A program made the translations under genes and the position numbers. Source: Candidatus Micrarchaeota archaeon (GTDB taxonomy: Archaea; Micrarchaeota; Micrarchaeia; Anstonellales; Bilamarchaeaceae). Taken from it: a stretch of DNA of 64,000 nt. The notes under the pieces are model-generated. The model was not told the origin of the DNA, did not search any database, and saw nothing but the letters and a program-made list of their open reading frames with translations. Shown piece after piece: positions 1 to 10,570 of the stretch. The stretch spans positions 24,273 through 88,272 of the forward strand of contig JBDRPL010000019.1 of assembly GCA_043827025.1 (NCBI GenBank), in the 5' to 3' direction. The stretch's first letter is position 1; every line of letters starts with the position of its first letter.

Positions 1-157
1 AAAAGGAAGACATGATTTTCAAGATGGAGTCTATTGGAATTCACATTTTACCGGACATTCAGAATGCCGTTATATCACAGGCACTCATTCGGAGGATGAC
101 GGATTAATTGTTTGCATAAGTCCAATAATTCTATGCAGGTACGGTTCATCTGTTAAG

Positions 158-556
158 ATGCATCACCAGGATTTAATTGCCAGGGATTATCTATTTGACT
201 TTGAGATGCCGCATCAATTGGTTATTGACTCTAGAGAAACATTTTCTCATGAAATTAGCTGGTCAAGAGCGCATAAAGCGATCATTACACCTTTGAATAA
301 TGTATTCAGTTCTCTGGTTTTTGGAGGACTATTTGGTGGTTTTGGTGCGCTTGCTAGCCATCTTATCTGTACTCTTTACAAAGTAAGTTCTACTCTAGCT
401 GCAAATACGATTGTTGCAGGAGTTGTTGGTTTAATCGCGTTTGTTATGAATTATCATCTAAACAATGCACTTTATCGGGAGATAAGACAGAATTGCATTG
501 AACAGTTGGCAGTGGATTTGCAGAAATTAAAGGAAGCGCATCCGAGGAGTACCTGA
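158..556 (+). CDS. hypothetical small membrane protein (Gly-rich hydrophobic segments)
   Basis: 132-aa ORF with an ATG start and predicted TM stretches (FGGLFGGFGALASHLI, VAGVVGLIAFV). No recognised family. Confidence 0.35.
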   Translation: MHHQDLIARDYLFDFEMPHQLVIDSRETFSHEISWSRAHKAIITPLNNVFSSLVFGGLFGGFGALASHLICTLYKVSSTLAANTIVAGVVGLIAFVMNYHLNNALYREIRQNCIEQLAVDLQKLKEAHPRST

Positions 557-558
557 AC

Positions 559-1134
559 CTAGATCTTCAGAAAATTAGCCAATATCTTTTCCCCATGCTC
601 AGTATGCCAGACCTCAGGATGGAATTGCACTCCGAATATGTTCCTTGTCTCATGTCGCATAGCTTCATGCGCACAGGTTTTTGAATGCGCCAATGAAACA
701 AAGTCCTTTGGCATAATCTTCACAGTATCAAAATGAGAGACCCAAGCATTGAATTTCTTTGGAACGCCTTTGAATAACACATCTTCAGAATCAACATCTA
801 TCTCGCATATCCCATACTCTGCTGACTCGCCTTTCTCTACATTTCCGCCAAGAAGATGGGCAAACAGCTGGTGGCCGAAACATACTCCGAGTATTGGCAT
901 CTCTATTCTTTCGACATTTATTTTCTTCACAATTTCTTCGCTTAACCCCAGATTGCCTGCATTGACAGAACTCGGGCCTCCAGACAGTATTATCTTTTCA
1001 GCATTTTTGATTATGTTCTTTATTTCTGAGAACTGTTTTGAGTTGTTGAAAATCATTGCCTCGAATCCGAGGTCGCGACAGTTTCTTTTTATGAGGTGAG
1101 TGTACTGGCTGCCGTTATCGATTATAAGGATCAT
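559..1134 (-). CDS. guaA: GMP synthase, glutamine amidotransferase subunit (archaeal split GuaA, subunit A)
   Basis: 191 aa. N-terminus MILIIDNGSQYTHLI, catalytic Cys in GVCFGHQL and a HPE triad motif. The size is typical of the stand-alone class I GATase subunit of archaeal GMP synthase. Confidence 0.8.
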   Translation of the reverse strand: MILIIDNGSQYTHLIKRNCRDLGFEAMIFNNSKQFSEIKNIIKNAEKIILSGGPSSVNAGNLGLSEEIVKKINVERIEMPILGVCFGHQLFAHLLGGNVEKGESAEYGICEIDVDSEDVLFKGVPKKFNAWVSHFDTVKIMPKDFVSLAHSKTCAHEAMRHETRNIFGVQFHPEVWHTEHGEKILANFLKI

Positions 1135-1232
1135 AATTAACTAATCTCCAGTTTTGTTTTTAATATGTTGCCCAAACCTTTGTGTTATCCACTACGCGTC
1201 AAGTTTCAAGGGGGAAAATCCGATTAACAATG

Positions 1233-1240
1233 ATTATAAA
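1233..1240 (+). promoter_or_regulatory. TATA-like box (ATTATAAA) upstream of the RNA polymerase operon; could also serve the divergent guaA
   Basis: AT-rich TATA-like octamer 76 nt upstream of the rpoH start, with a purine-rich segment upstream. The orientation is ambiguous. Confidence 0.25.
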
Positions 1241-1315
1241 CCTTTCCTTTCTAACTATATGTTCTAGTCTGGTAAGAGGTAGCCCTATCTCTGCCTATTA
1301 GTTGGGTGGTTCTGC

Positions 1316-1603
1316 TTGGTATCTAAAGGTTCTTCTAAGAAAGTTTCTAGGAAAAAGAAAGATGTTGCTGAAGAAAGCGTTGATGTTCTTGGTTATGAAC
1401 TTGTTCCTAAGATGGAAATACTTTCTGAGTCTGAAAAGAAAAAAGTTCTTGTAAAATTTGGGATAAATGATAAACAGCTTCCAAAGTTGAGAAGCTCTGA
1501 TCCAGAGGCAAAGGCCCTGAAAGCTAATGTTGGCGATCTTATTAAAGTATTACGAAATGACTCGACTGGGGAGTATGTTGCATACAGGTTAGTCATAGAT
1601 TAG
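1316..1603 (+). CDS. rpoH: DNA-directed RNA polymerase subunit H (Rpb5 homolog)
   Basis: C-terminal motif ELVPKMEILSESEKKKVL...SDPEAKAL...YRLVID is typical of archaeal RpoH. It sits first in the rpoH-B-A operon. The start is TTG in the ORF track and may be slightly different. Confidence 0.8.
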   Translation: MVSKGSSKKVSRKKKDVAEESVDVLGYELVPKMEILSESEKKKVLVKFGINDKQLPKLRSSDPEAKALKANVGDLIKVLRNDSTGEYVAYRLVID

Positions 1604-1619
1604 ATATAGAGGTTTTGTT

Positions 1620-3074
1620 ATGGTTTCCGGCATGATAGAAGCATATTATAATGTGAACACTTTGGTCAAACAGCAATTGGATTCTTACAACTGCTTTTTG
1701 GAAAAAGGCATCCAATCCGTTGTTTCAAGGGTTGGAACAATAAAGACTAATGTAGAAGGTTTTGAACTTAGGTTGGGAAAAGTGAGGATAGAGCAGCCAA
1801 GGTATTACGAAGTTAAAGGGGGCTACAGATCCATTCTTCCAACCGAGGCGAGATTGAGGAACCTTACGTATGCAGCTCCGGTTTTTCTTGAAATAATCCC
1901 AGTTTTCAACGGCGTTGAAAGGCCAACTTATTCTGATGTTTTCATAGGAGAAATCCCGATAATGGCGAAATCAAAGATTTGCTATCTGTCATCAATGAGC
2001 GAAAGCGAATTGATTGATGCAGGCGAAGACCCAAGCGATCCTGGAGGATATTTCATAATCAACGGAAGCGAACGTGTTTTGGTGAGCATTGAGGATCTTG
2101 TTCCGAATAAGATCATGGTGACTAAGGAACGGAACGGATTCGTTTCAAAAATCTTTTCTACCTATTTTGGTTTCAGGGCAAGATGCGTGGTCAATCGAAA
2201 CGCCGAAGGTGTTTACACTGTAGAGTTTCCTTCTTCCCCTGCAGGCATTCCATTCATCCAATTGCTGAAAGTGCTTGGCCTTGAAAAAGATTCTCAGATC
2301 CAGAATGCTTTCTCACAAGACAAGAGGATACAGAACGACGTCATTCTTAATCTTGAGATGGAAGAGACAAAGAATCTGGAAGAAGCTATCGATGTGCTGA
2401 GCAGAAAACTTTCTCCAGGCCAGCCGCAGGAATTCAGACTGACAAGAATGGAAAATCTCATTAATAATTATCTTCTTCCGCACGTCGGAGTAACAAAGGA
2501 TTCCCATGACGAAAAAATAAAATTTTTAATCAACATGGCGGAGAAAGCGACAAAAGTGTATTACAAAGAGCTTCCTCCTGATGACAAGGACCATTACGCA
2601 AACAAGCGCGTAAAACTTGCAGGAGAACTTATGGAAGAGCTTTTCAGATATGCCTTCCAGTTTTTGGTTAAAGACCTTATTTATCAGGCATCAAGGGCGG
2701 ATGCAAGAGGAAGACGATTGCAGGTCCATACGCTCGTAAGGCAAGATGCAATGGCTGACCGTATAAGGTATGCAATGGCAACCGGAAACTGGATAGCAGG
2801 CCAGACAGGCATTTCCCAGCTTCTTGATCGTGTTAGTTACGCTTCAACAGTTTCGCACCTGAGAAGGATAATTTCTCCACTCAGCAAAAAGCACCCGCAT
2901 TTCAAGGCAAGAGATCTGCATGGAACACATACTGGAAAGCTGTGTCCTAATGAAACTCCTGAAGGTCCAAGCTGTTCGCTTGTTAAGAACCTTGCAATCA
3001 TGGCAGAAGTTTCTATTGGAATGGACAATGAAGAAGTCCTTAACCTGCTGAAGGTTTATGATGTGAAGAAATAA
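1620..3074 (+). CDS. rpoB2: DNA-directed RNA polymerase subunit B'' (N-terminal half of the split RpoB)
   Basis: 484 aa with RpoB N-terminal motifs (QLDSYN, lobe/protrusion regions). It is followed 2 nt later by the B' gene, the split arrangement typical of euryarchaeal/DPANN rpoB. Confidence 0.9.
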   Translation: MVSGMIEAYYNVNTLVKQQLDSYNCFLEKGIQSVVSRVGTIKTNVEGFELRLGKVRIEQPRYYEVKGGYRSILPTEARLRNLTYAAPVFLEIIPVFNGVERPTYSDVFIGEIPIMAKSKICYLSSMSESELIDAGEDPSDPGGYFIINGSERVLVSIEDLVPNKIMVTKERNGFVSKIFSTYFGFRARCVVNRNAEGVYTVEFPSSPAGIPFIQLLKVLGLEKDSQIQNAFSQDKRIQNDVILNLEMEETKNLEEAIDVLSRKLSPGQPQEFRLTRMENLINNYLLPHVGVTKDSHDEKIKFLINMAEKATKVYYKELPPDDKDHYANKRVKLAGELMEELFRYAFQFLVKDLIYQASRADARGRRLQVHTLVRQDAMADRIRYAMATGNWIAGQTGISQLLDRVSYASTVSHLRRIISPLSKKHPHFKARDLHGTHTGKLCPNETPEGPSCSLVKNLAIMAEVSIGMDNEEVLNLLKVYDVKK

Positions 3075-3075
3075 G

Positions 3076-4902
3076 GTGATACTCATGAAATCCGAAAAAA
3101 CTGCAGTTTATATGAATGGAAAGCTCGTAGGATATCACTCAGACGGCAAGAATCTTGCAAAGAGATTGAGGGAAAAGAGAAGGACCAATGAACTCAATTA
3201 TCTTGTCAATATCTATTATGATTCGAAGCTCAATGAGTTGCATATAATAAATGACAAGGGAAGAGTCAGAAGGCCTTACATCGTAGTCGAAGATAGCAAA
3301 TCAAGACTTACCTCGGAAATACTCCAGAAAGTTAAGAGCAATCATCTTAATTGGAACCATCTTATAAAGATGGGTGTAATTGAATATCTTGATGCGCAGG
3401 AAGAGGAGAATTCTCTGATCGCATTGGATGTAAATGAAATAACCAAGGACCATACCCATCTCGAAGTAGATTCTGCAACCATATTCGGTGTTGTCGCATC
3501 CATATTGCCATATCCAGAACATAATTCTTCTCCGAGAATTACAATGGCTTGCGCAATGGCCAAACAATCGTTGGGGATGTATGCAACTAATTTCAACATA
3601 AGGTATGATACAAGAGGTTATGTCATGTATTATCCCCAGCAGCCGCTTGTGCAGACTGACCTTTACAAGGCATTGAAAATGAAGAAAAAGTGCGCCGGGC
3701 AGAATTGCGTAGTTGCACTTACAAGCTATCGTGGATATAACATGGCTGATGCGATTATAGTTAATAAGAATGCAGTTGAACGAGGGCTTGGAAGAATAGC
3801 AATGTTCAAGACTTATGAGACTGAGGAGCGTTCGTATCCTGGAGGCCAGAGGGATAAAATCTGTGTCCCGACTCCGGAAGTCATTGGATACAGGGGAGAA
3901 GAACCCTACAAATCAATTGGAGAGGATGGAATTGTTTTCCCAGAAAGCGAAGTAAAAGAAAAATGCGTTCTTGTTGGAAAAGTATCACCTCCAAGATTCC
4001 TTGAAGAAATCTCTGTTTTTGGTACAGTTGAAGAAAAACACAGAGAGAGCTCGCTTGCATTGAAAGCAGGAGACAAAGGAAAGATTGATTCAGTGCTTGT
4101 TACAGAAGGCCCAAGCGGAAACAGGCTGGTGAAGGTGAGATTGAGGGCGATAAAGATTCCAGAAGTGGGTGACAAGATCGCTTCACGTCACGGTCAGAAG
4201 GGAGTTATCGGTCTTGTAGTTCCACAGGAAGACATGCCTTTCACGGCAAGCGGGGTAGTTCCTGATTTGATAGTTAATCCTCACGCAATACCAAGTAGAA
4301 TGACTGCAGGCCACCTTCTTGAAACGATGGGTGGAAAGGCAGGCTCGCTTGCAGGAATGCTCATGAACGGAACTGCGTTCAGCGGAAATACTGAAGAGGA
4401 ATATAGGAAGATTCTTTTGGACAATGGATTCGATGAGTATGGGGAAGAAGTACTATATGACGGCTATACTGGACAAATGCTTACAGTGAAGGTTTTCATA
4501 GGCGTGATTTATTATCAGAGATTGCATCACTTGGTTTCGAACAAGACTCACGTAAGGTCAAGAGGCCCTGTACAGTTATTGACCCATCAGCCTACTGAAG
4601 GTAGGGCAAGAGAGGGGGGTCTCAGATTCGGAGAGATGGAACGTGATTGTTTGCTTGGTTATGGTGCAAGCATGGTCGTAAAAGAAAGGCTGCTCGAAGA
4701 GAGCGACAAAACTGTTCAACTGGTATGTGCGGAGTGCGGTGCAATTGCCACTCATGACTACGCAAGGAACAAGGACGTATGCCCGGTGTGCGATTCGGAG
4801 AATATCCACCAGGTGGAAATGAGCTATGCTTTCAAGCTATTGCTTGACGAGATTAGATCTCTGTATGTGTTCCCGAGACTGCTTCTCGCAGATAAGGGAT
4901 GA
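3076..4902 (+). CDS. rpoB1: DNA-directed RNA polymerase subunit B' (C-terminal half of RpoB)
   Basis: 608 aa with GDKIASRHGQKGV, the hybrid-binding region and a C-terminal Zn-binding CxxC...CxxC (CAECG...CPVCD). ATGA overlap with rpoA1. Confidence 0.9.
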   Translation: MILMKSEKTAVYMNGKLVGYHSDGKNLAKRLREKRRTNELNYLVNIYYDSKLNELHIINDKGRVRRPYIVVEDSKSRLTSEILQKVKSNHLNWNHLIKMGVIEYLDAQEEENSLIALDVNEITKDHTHLEVDSATIFGVVASILPYPEHNSSPRITMACAMAKQSLGMYATNFNIRYDTRGYVMYYPQQPLVQTDLYKALKMKKKCAGQNCVVALTSYRGYNMADAIIVNKNAVERGLGRIAMFKTYETEERSYPGGQRDKICVPTPEVIGYRGEEPYKSIGEDGIVFPESEVKEKCVLVGKVSPPRFLEEISVFGTVEEKHRESSLALKAGDKGKIDSVLVTEGPSGNRLVKVRLRAIKIPEVGDKIASRHGQKGVIGLVVPQEDMPFTASGVVPDLIVNPHAIPSRMTAGHLLETMGGKAGSLAGMLMNGTAFSGNTEEEYRKILLDNGFDEYGEEVLYDGYTGQMLTVKVFIGVIYYQRLHHLVSNKTHVRSRGPVQLLTHQPTEGRAREGGLRFGEMERDCLLGYGASMVVKERLLEESDKTVQLVCAECGAIATHDYARNKDVCPVCDSENIHQVEMSYAFKLLLDEIRSLYVFPRLLLADKG

Positions 4903-7457
4903 AAAAAAGGATGATTTGCATGATTGGTGAAAAAACTTTTGTATCGAAAATCATAGAGAAAATAAAATTCTCTTTGTTTTCTCCGGAAATGATCAGGAAG
5001 ATGTCTGCATCGAAGATACTCGTGCCTGACACTTACGATGATGACGGTTATCCAATAGATGGCGGGCTTGTCGACACCAAATTGGGTGTTGTTGACCCTG
5101 GCCTTAGGTGCAAGACCTGCGGTGGACGAGTAAGAGAATGTCCTGGGCATTTCGGCCACATAGATATGGTCAGGCCGGTCATCCATGTAGAATTTGCAAA
5201 ACACATACTTTATACTCTGAAATCCTCATGCCTATCTTGCCACAAATTGGTTCTCAAACCAAAGCTTGAGAGTGTGGTTTCTGATGAAACTGCTGATGAT
5301 GGAACAGTTAGCAAGAAAAAGAGCAAGATAAAGAAATGTGCAAACTGCGGTTTCGAGTTGCCTGAATTCAAGTTGCTTAAGCCAACTACTATTTACAAGG
5401 ACAAGACTGTTTTGCTTGCAACTGAGATAAGGGATCAGCTCGCTGCATTGAGCGATGATGACATAAGGGAATTAGGGTTTGATCCCATCTATTCCAGGCC
5501 TGAGTGGATGGTTCTTACAACATTACCTGTCCCTCCTGTGAATGTCAGGCCTTCCATTACATTGGAAACAGGAGAAAGAAGCGAAGATGATCTTACTCAC
5601 AAGCTTGTGGATATTATCCGTATCAACCAAAAGCTTGAGTCGAACATAAACGCAGGCGCCCCCCAGTTGATTGTCGAGGATCTCTGGGAACTGTTGCAAT
5701 ACCATGTAACTACTTATTTCAATAATGAGACTGCGAACATTCCTCCAGCAAGGCACAGAAGCGGAAGGCCGCTCAAGACCTTGGCGCAGAGATTGAAGGG
5801 AAAGGAAGGAAGATTCAGATATAACTTGAGTGGAAAGCGTGTCAATTTCTCTGCACGTACAGTCATTTCCCCTGACCCGTATCTTTCATTGAACGAAGTC
5901 GGAATTCCATTCGAAGTGGCAGCTGAACTTACAGTTCCTATTACAGTGACTGAATGGAACATAGAGGAATGCAAAAAATACATACTGGCAGAGAAATTCC
6001 CGAAAGCTGTCTATCTCATCAGAAACGACGGAAAGAGGGTGAAGGTAGGAGACTCTCCAGAAATGAAAAAAGAAATCTGTGAAAACCTTAAGGTAGGCTG
6101 GGTAATGGAAAGACAGCTTAATGATGGTGATATTGCAATATTCAACAGGCAGCCTTCTCTTCATAGAGTATCTATGATGGCTCATGAGGTCAGAGTATTG
6201 CCAGGCAGTACCTTCAGGATAAATCCTATTGTTACTTCCCCTTACAATGCAGACTTTGATGGAGATGAAATGAACCTCCACATTATCCAAACTCCTGAAT
6301 CGCAGGCTGAAGCAAGATGTCTTATGAGAGTAGAAGATCAAATACTTTCCCCAAGGCATGGCCATGCAATTATAAAGCCGCAGGAAGACCATGTGTCAGC
6401 AGTATATTTCCTTACCAAAAATGGCAGGGCTTTTGATAAGGTCGAGGCTTCCAATCTTCTTTACTCAGTTGGAATAACCGAGCTTCCTAAGGCTGATGAC
6501 AAGAAAGGAACATATTCTGGAAAACTTTTGTTTTCACAGCTTCTTCCTGAAAAACTTGATCTCAAGGCAGATTCAAAAGTCGGAGGGGAAGTGGTCATAA
6601 AGAAAGGCGAACTCCTGAAAGGAGAGCTCAGCGGGAATATTGTGGAAAATGAAATTCTTGAAAGAATCTTCATGCTATGTGGCTCGGCTGCAGCAGGTCG
6701 TTTCCTAGATCAGATGACAAGGTTGTCACTTGACAGCCTTGCAACACACGGGCTCAGCGTTTCATTGAAGGATTACACTCTTTCTCCAAAAGCAGAAGAG
6801 AAATTGAATAAGCTTGACGATAAGATGAGCAGGGAAATTGACAACCTGATAATGCAATACAAGAACAAGACACTTGACAGGTCCCCAGGCCTATCTCTCA
6901 AGGAAACACTTGAGGGTATGATTGTCCAGGTCACCTCAATTGCAAGAATGGATGTGGGCAAGCTTGTAGAAGAGGATTTGACAATGTCCAACCCATCTAT
7001 TGTGATGTCTAAAATCGGTGCAAGAGGAAGCCTGCTTAATGCAATTCAGATGTCTGCAAGTGTTGGACAGCAAACAGTAAGAAGCAAGAGGCCGAAAAGA
7101 GGGTATAGAGGGAGAACTCTTCCATATTTTAGGCCAGGTGTGCTCGCAGCAAAGCAAAGGGGTTATGTATTTGCCTCTTTTAGGAAGGGCCTTACACCTT
7201 TTGAATTTATACATCATGCAATGGGTGGAAGAGAGGCGTTGGTTAACACAGCCATTAGAACTGCTAGAAGCGGTTACATGCAGAGACGGCTCATCAATGC
7301 ATTGCAGGACCTCGTGGTTTATCCTGATTTCACAGTTAGGAATGCGGACATGAGTATTGTCCAGTTCATTTACGGTGGAGATGGAAAGGATCCGATGTAT
7401 GCCTCAAAGGCAGAAGTGTCAGATTCTCCAAAAGGAGATGATATTGATACTGCATAA
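4899..7457 (+). CDS. rpoA1: DNA-directed RNA polymerase subunit A'
   Basis: 852 aa. N-terminal Zn-ribbon ([18 protein letters not shown]), [10 protein letters not shown] catalytic loop and clamp/bridge motifs. Confidence 0.9.
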   Translation: MKKRMICMIGEKTFVSKIIEKIKFSLFSPEMIRKMSASKILVPDTYDDDGYPIDGGLVDTKLGVVDPGLRCKTCGGRVRECPGHFGHIDMVRPVIHVEFAKHILYTLKSSCLSCHKLVLKPKLESVVSDETADDGTVSKKKSKIKKCANCGFELPEFKLLKPTTIYKDKTVLLATEIRDQLAALSDDDIRELGFDPIYSRPEWMVLTTLPVPPVNVRPSITLETGERSEDDLTHKLVDIIRINQKLESNINAGAPQLIVEDLWELLQYHVTTYFNNETANIPPARHRSGRPLKTLAQRLKGKEGRFRYNLSGKRVNFSARTVISPDPYLSLNEVGIPFEVAAELTVPITVTEWNIEECKKYILAEKFPKAVYLIRNDGKRVKVGDSPEMKKEICENLKVGWVMERQLNDGDIAIFNRQPSLHRVSMMAHEVRVLPGSTFRINPIVTSPYNADFDGDEMNLHIIQTPESQAEARCLMRVEDQILSPRHGHAIIKPQEDHVSAVYFLTKNGRAFDKVEASNLLYSVGITELPKADDKKGTYSGKLLFSQLLPEKLDLKADSKVGGEVVIKKGELLKGELSGNIVENEILERIFMLCGSAAAGRFLDQMTRLSLDSLATHGLSVSLKDYTLSPKAEEKLNKLDDKMSREIDNLIMQYKNKTLDRSPGLSLKETLEGMIVQVTSIARMDVGKLVEEDLTMSNPSIVMSKIGARGSLLNAIQMSASVGQQTVRSKRPKRGYRGRTLPYFRPGVLAAKQRGYVFASFRKGLTPFEFIHHAMGGREALVNTAIRTARSGYMQRRLINALQDLVVYPDFTVRNADMSIVQFIYGGDGKDPMYASKAEVSDSPKGDDIDTA

Positions 7458-7467
7458 TGTGATTTTT

Positions 7468-8544
7468 ATGAAAAACCCTACAAACAAATCAGCGAAAATC
7501 GCACCATATGAAGCAGTCGGAGTGGTATGCGCCCAGAGCATCGGGGAGCCAGGTACGCAGATGACTATGCGTACGTTCCACTATGCAGGAGTTGCAGAGC
7601 ATGTGCCTACTGGCCTTCCAAGGTTGATAGAGATAGTTGATTCCAAGAAGGAGCCAAAGAAACCTATTATAGATATTTATCTCAAGAAGTCCTTTGCAAA
7701 GAGCCAGTCAAAGGCGCAGGAGCTTGCAAGTGATGTGAGTGCAGTGCATGTTTCAGATGTAGCTGAGGTGGAAGACGATCTTATTGCGAAAAAAATCGTA
7801 ATATCCTATAGGGAAAAAGATGGCAAGCAGCTTGGCGTGACATTTACAACTCTCAAGAACGCGCTTTCAGAGGTTTCTGAAAACATAAAAGTCGGCGACA
7901 ATAAGATAATCATGAAAATACCTAAAAAGGCCGAGACTTCAAAAGACAAGTCAAAGGATGGAAAAACTTCTCCGCAACCTGATGATGAGCTAGGTACAGG
8001 GACTGCACGTGCAGTAAGAAAGCTTGCAAATAAAATACAAGGCACTATTGTAAAAGGCATCAAAGGTATCCAAAGGGCAGTTGTTCTTAAGAGCAGTGAT
8101 GAATATTTCGTAAGGGCAGCAGGCTTCAACATTGTGGATGTAATGTCTCATCCCATGGTTGATGCTTCAAGAATATATACTAATAACATAAAAGAAATCG
8201 AAAGGGTATTTGGAATAGAGGCTGCAAGGAAAGCAATCATCAAGGAAACAAAAGATGTGCTGGATATGCAGAAGCTTTTCGTAGACATTAGGCATATAAT
8301 GCTTGTTGCAGATGCGATGTGCTATTGCGGTGAAATTAAATCTATTGGAAGGCATGGACTAAGTGGAGAGAAAGTTGGTGTTCTTGGAAGAGCTGCTTTC
8401 GAGGAAACAATAAAGCACCTGGTGAATGCAAGCGCATTTGCTGAAGACGAAAACCTTATAGGCGTTACGGAGAACATTATAGTTGGTCAAACAGTGCCAG
8501 TTGGTACTGGGAAAATTAAGCTTTTAATTAAACCAAAGAAATGA
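7468..8544 (+). CDS. rpoA2: DNA-directed RNA polymerase subunit A''
   Basis: The ORF-track frame is open from 7357 but overlaps rpoA1. The ATG at 7468 (MKNPTNK...) is in frame just after the rpoA1 stop. Motifs [18 protein letters not shown] and [18 protein letters not shown] (trigger loop / A'' region). Confidence 0.85.
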   Translation: MKNPTNKSAKIAPYEAVGVVCAQSIGEPGTQMTMRTFHYAGVAEHVPTGLPRLIEIVDSKKEPKKPIIDIYLKKSFAKSQSKAQELASDVSAVHVSDVAEVEDDLIAKKIVISYREKDGKQLGVTFTTLKNALSEVSENIKVGDNKIIMKIPKKAETSKDKSKDGKTSPQPDDELGTGTARAVRKLANKIQGTIVKGIKGIQRAVVLKSSDEYFVRAAGFNIVDVMSHPMVDASRIYTNNIKEIERVFGIEAARKAIIKETKDVLDMQKLFVDIRHIMLVADAMCYCGEIKSIGRHGLSGEKVGVLGRAAFEETIKHLVNASAFAEDENLIGVTENIIVGQTVPVGTGKIKLLIKPKK

Positions 8545-8582
8545 AAATCAAAGAATATGGAGTATTTTAATGAGGTAATCAC

Positions 8583-9026
8583 ATGTCAAAGAAAAACGAT
8601 GAAGATGCAAATGAAGGCAAACAAGTCGAAGAGACTGAAACCGAAGATGTGGCTGTAGAAGAAGCAAAGGTTGAAGAAAAAGTCAAGAGAAAAAAGGTCA
8701 TAAGAAGGAAATCCAAGAAAGAGAAGGAAAATCCTATCAATGCAATGATTAGGCTTACTGTTGAAAGCGGAAAGGTGGACTTCGGTTCAAGAAGCTCTGT
8801 CAAGAGCAATTCCAAGAACGCGAAACTATTCGTTGTCGCAAAGAATACTCCAAAGCAGATACTTGCAAAACTCAAGACTGCAAACGTATCTAATGTGCCT
8901 GTTTTCACTTTTGAGGGCAGCACTGTAGAACTTGGTTCCATTTGTGGAAAGCCGTATCCTGTTTCTGTGATGTCTGTTTATGACTTCGGAAACGCGGATG
9001 TCAAGAGCTTTTTGAAAAAAGACTGA
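8583..9026 (+). CDS. rpl30e: 50S ribosomal protein L30e with a ~50-aa Lys/Glu-rich N-terminal extension
   Basis: C-terminal 95 aa match L30e (INAMIRLTVESGKV...AKLFVVAKNTPKQIL...GKPYPVSVMSVYDFGNADV). It holds the canonical position between rpoA2 and nusA. An SD-like GAGGT lies 8 nt upstream. Confidence 0.8.
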   Translation: MSKKNDEDANEGKQVEETETEDVAVEEAKVEEKVKRKKVIRRKSKKEKENPINAMIRLTVESGKVDFGSRSSVKSNSKNAKLFVVAKNTPKQILAKLKTANVSNVPVFTFEGSTVELGSICGKPYPVSVMSVYDFGNADVKSFLKKD

Positions 9027-9030
9027 TTAG

Positions 9031-9468
9031 ATGGAACTGACCGGCGAAGATCTCAATTTTTTTTCAGAATTCGAGAGAACAACAGGTGTGATGCCAAAGG
9101 ATTATTACACTTCACAGGAACTCCTGGTGTTTCTTGTTGACATGGTCAGCCTTGGTAAGGCCATAGGCAAGAAAGGAATCAACATCCAGAGGCTTAGGGC
9201 AGCATTCAGGAAGAATGTTGTCATAGTCGGGGATTCGCCTGATATTGAAATATTCCTTCGAAGTATGTTCAATAATGTCGAAGTCATCTCAATCGAACAG
9301 ATGGACATCATGAATGAGAAGAATATTGTTCTCACTATTGATGAAAAAGACAGGGGCATTGCAATTGGAAAGAACGGAGACCGGATAAAGTCAGCGAAGG
9401 AGTTTCTGTCAAGGAAGTTCAAGGCAAAGCTGATGCTCAAGACGAAGAGAAGGTTGGAGAGCATATAA
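9031..9468 (+). CDS. nusA: transcription elongation/termination factor NusA-like (KH domains)
   Basis: 145 aa with two KH-like GxxG motifs (IGKKGINIQRL, IGKNGDRIKSAKEF). Operon position after rpl30e. Confidence 0.75.
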   Translation: MELTGEDLNFFSEFERTTGVMPKDYYTSQELLVFLVDMVSLGKAIGKKGINIQRLRAAFRKNVVIVGDSPDIEIFLRSMFNNVEVISIEQMDIMNEKNIVLTIDEKDRGIAIGKNGDRIKSAKEFLSRKFKAKLMLKTKRRLESI

Positions 9469-9562
9469 TTATTTTCTTTTGTTTAGCCTAGCAGTTGATT
9501 CTTTGCATATTTTAATATAATCACCAATAGTTTTAAAAGATGTATCTATGTGACTATCTCTT

Positions 9563-10561
9563 ATGCATAAGCAACTTAGAGTCACTAGTGGTACTAGAAC
9601 CCTGAAAAACGGGAAGATACGTTTCGAGAATTGCCATATTCTACAGGATAGCACAACCCATGTCACATGTGTGAGGCTTGGGCTTGACCGTACAAAACCA
9701 GCCTCATTCTCCCTTAGTTCTGATAGGGTTGAAATCGCGGCACATATAAGGAAAAAAGGAGATCCTGCCAAAACAGAATGCCAGGATTCTGCAATTGTAA
9801 TCATAACTCCAAAGAATGTGGTTGCAGGGGTTTTCGATGGGTTTGGGCCTGCAGGAACATTTCTTTCAGAGAATGCTGCAAGCATTGCAACGAGGTTGCT
9901 GCGCACGGATAAGGTCAGGTGTGATCCTTTGTTGGATGTTGCTCAAGAATTAAGCGATTTGGGCCTTTATGCCTCAGGAAATTTGAACAGAGAAGGAGGT
10001 ACAACTGCGGTTCTGGCAAGCGTTTCAGATAAAGACGGAGGATTTTGCGTTAATGGTGCTGGGGATTCTGCAATATATCGTCAGAGACTGCCTAATCAGA
10101 TCTCTCGGCTTTTGAATTATTTTTTTGACAATAGGGGCGATAGAATTGATGAGATGATAATTCAAGAATATCTTTCCAGAAGGCATTTTGTTTCTTCAAT
10201 AGGCACTTTAAGTTTTCAACCTCCTATTGCGGGGAGATATGAGTGTTCTGGTGGAATGCTTGATGCAGGCGAAGTCCTGCTTCTTGCAAGCGATGGACTC
10301 ACTAAGAATTTGACAGTTAGGTTCAACCCTGAAACTCAGAAAGTGATCGATGTTAGCGGGTGTAGAAGCCTTCAACATATTCTCAATGGTATGCGCGAAC
10401 CATCTGCGATGGTAGAAGCAATTCTCAGAGCAATAAATAGGAGGGTTAATCGTTTGGAAAGACGTGTTCATCTATGCAATAAAAGCACAGTTCTTTGGCC
10501 TCAGGACGATGATGTTGCATTGATTGCAATGAAATTCCATAAATTTCAGGAAACCTTTTGA
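9563..10561 (+). CDS. PP2C-family (PPM) serine/threonine protein phosphatase-like protein
   Basis: Motifs in PPM order: VFDGFGPAG, GGTTAVLA, NGAGDSAIY, LLASDGLT (metal-binding Asp residues). 332 aa. Confidence 0.55.
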   Translation: MHKQLRVTSGTRTLKNGKIRFENCHILQDSTTHVTCVRLGLDRTKPASFSLSSDRVEIAAHIRKKGDPAKTECQDSAIVIITPKNVVAGVFDGFGPAGTFLSENAASIATRLLRTDKVRCDPLLDVAQELSDLGLYASGNLNREGGTTAVLASVSDKDGGFCVNGAGDSAIYRQRLPNQISRLLNYFFDNRGDRIDEMIIQEYLSRRHFVSSIGTLSFQPPIAGRYECSGGMLDAGEVLLLASDGLTKNLTVRFNPETQKVIDVSGCRSLQHILNGMREPSAMVEAILRAINRRVNRLERRVHLCNKSTVLWPQDDDVALIAMKFHKFQETF

Positions 10562-10570
10562 ATCTGCTAA

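Noticed and set aside
749-1099. 116-aa plus-strand ORF inside the guaA glutamine amidotransferase gene
   Set aside because: It is fully antisense to a well-supported conserved gene and its composition (Ser/Phe/Pro-rich) is typical of antisense frames.
5886-6392. 168-aa minus-strand ORF (plus several 60-100-aa ORFs) inside rpoA1 and rpoB
   Set aside because: They are antisense to highly conserved RNA polymerase genes with Cys/Ser/Phe-rich low-complexity translations, so they are ORF-finder artefacts.
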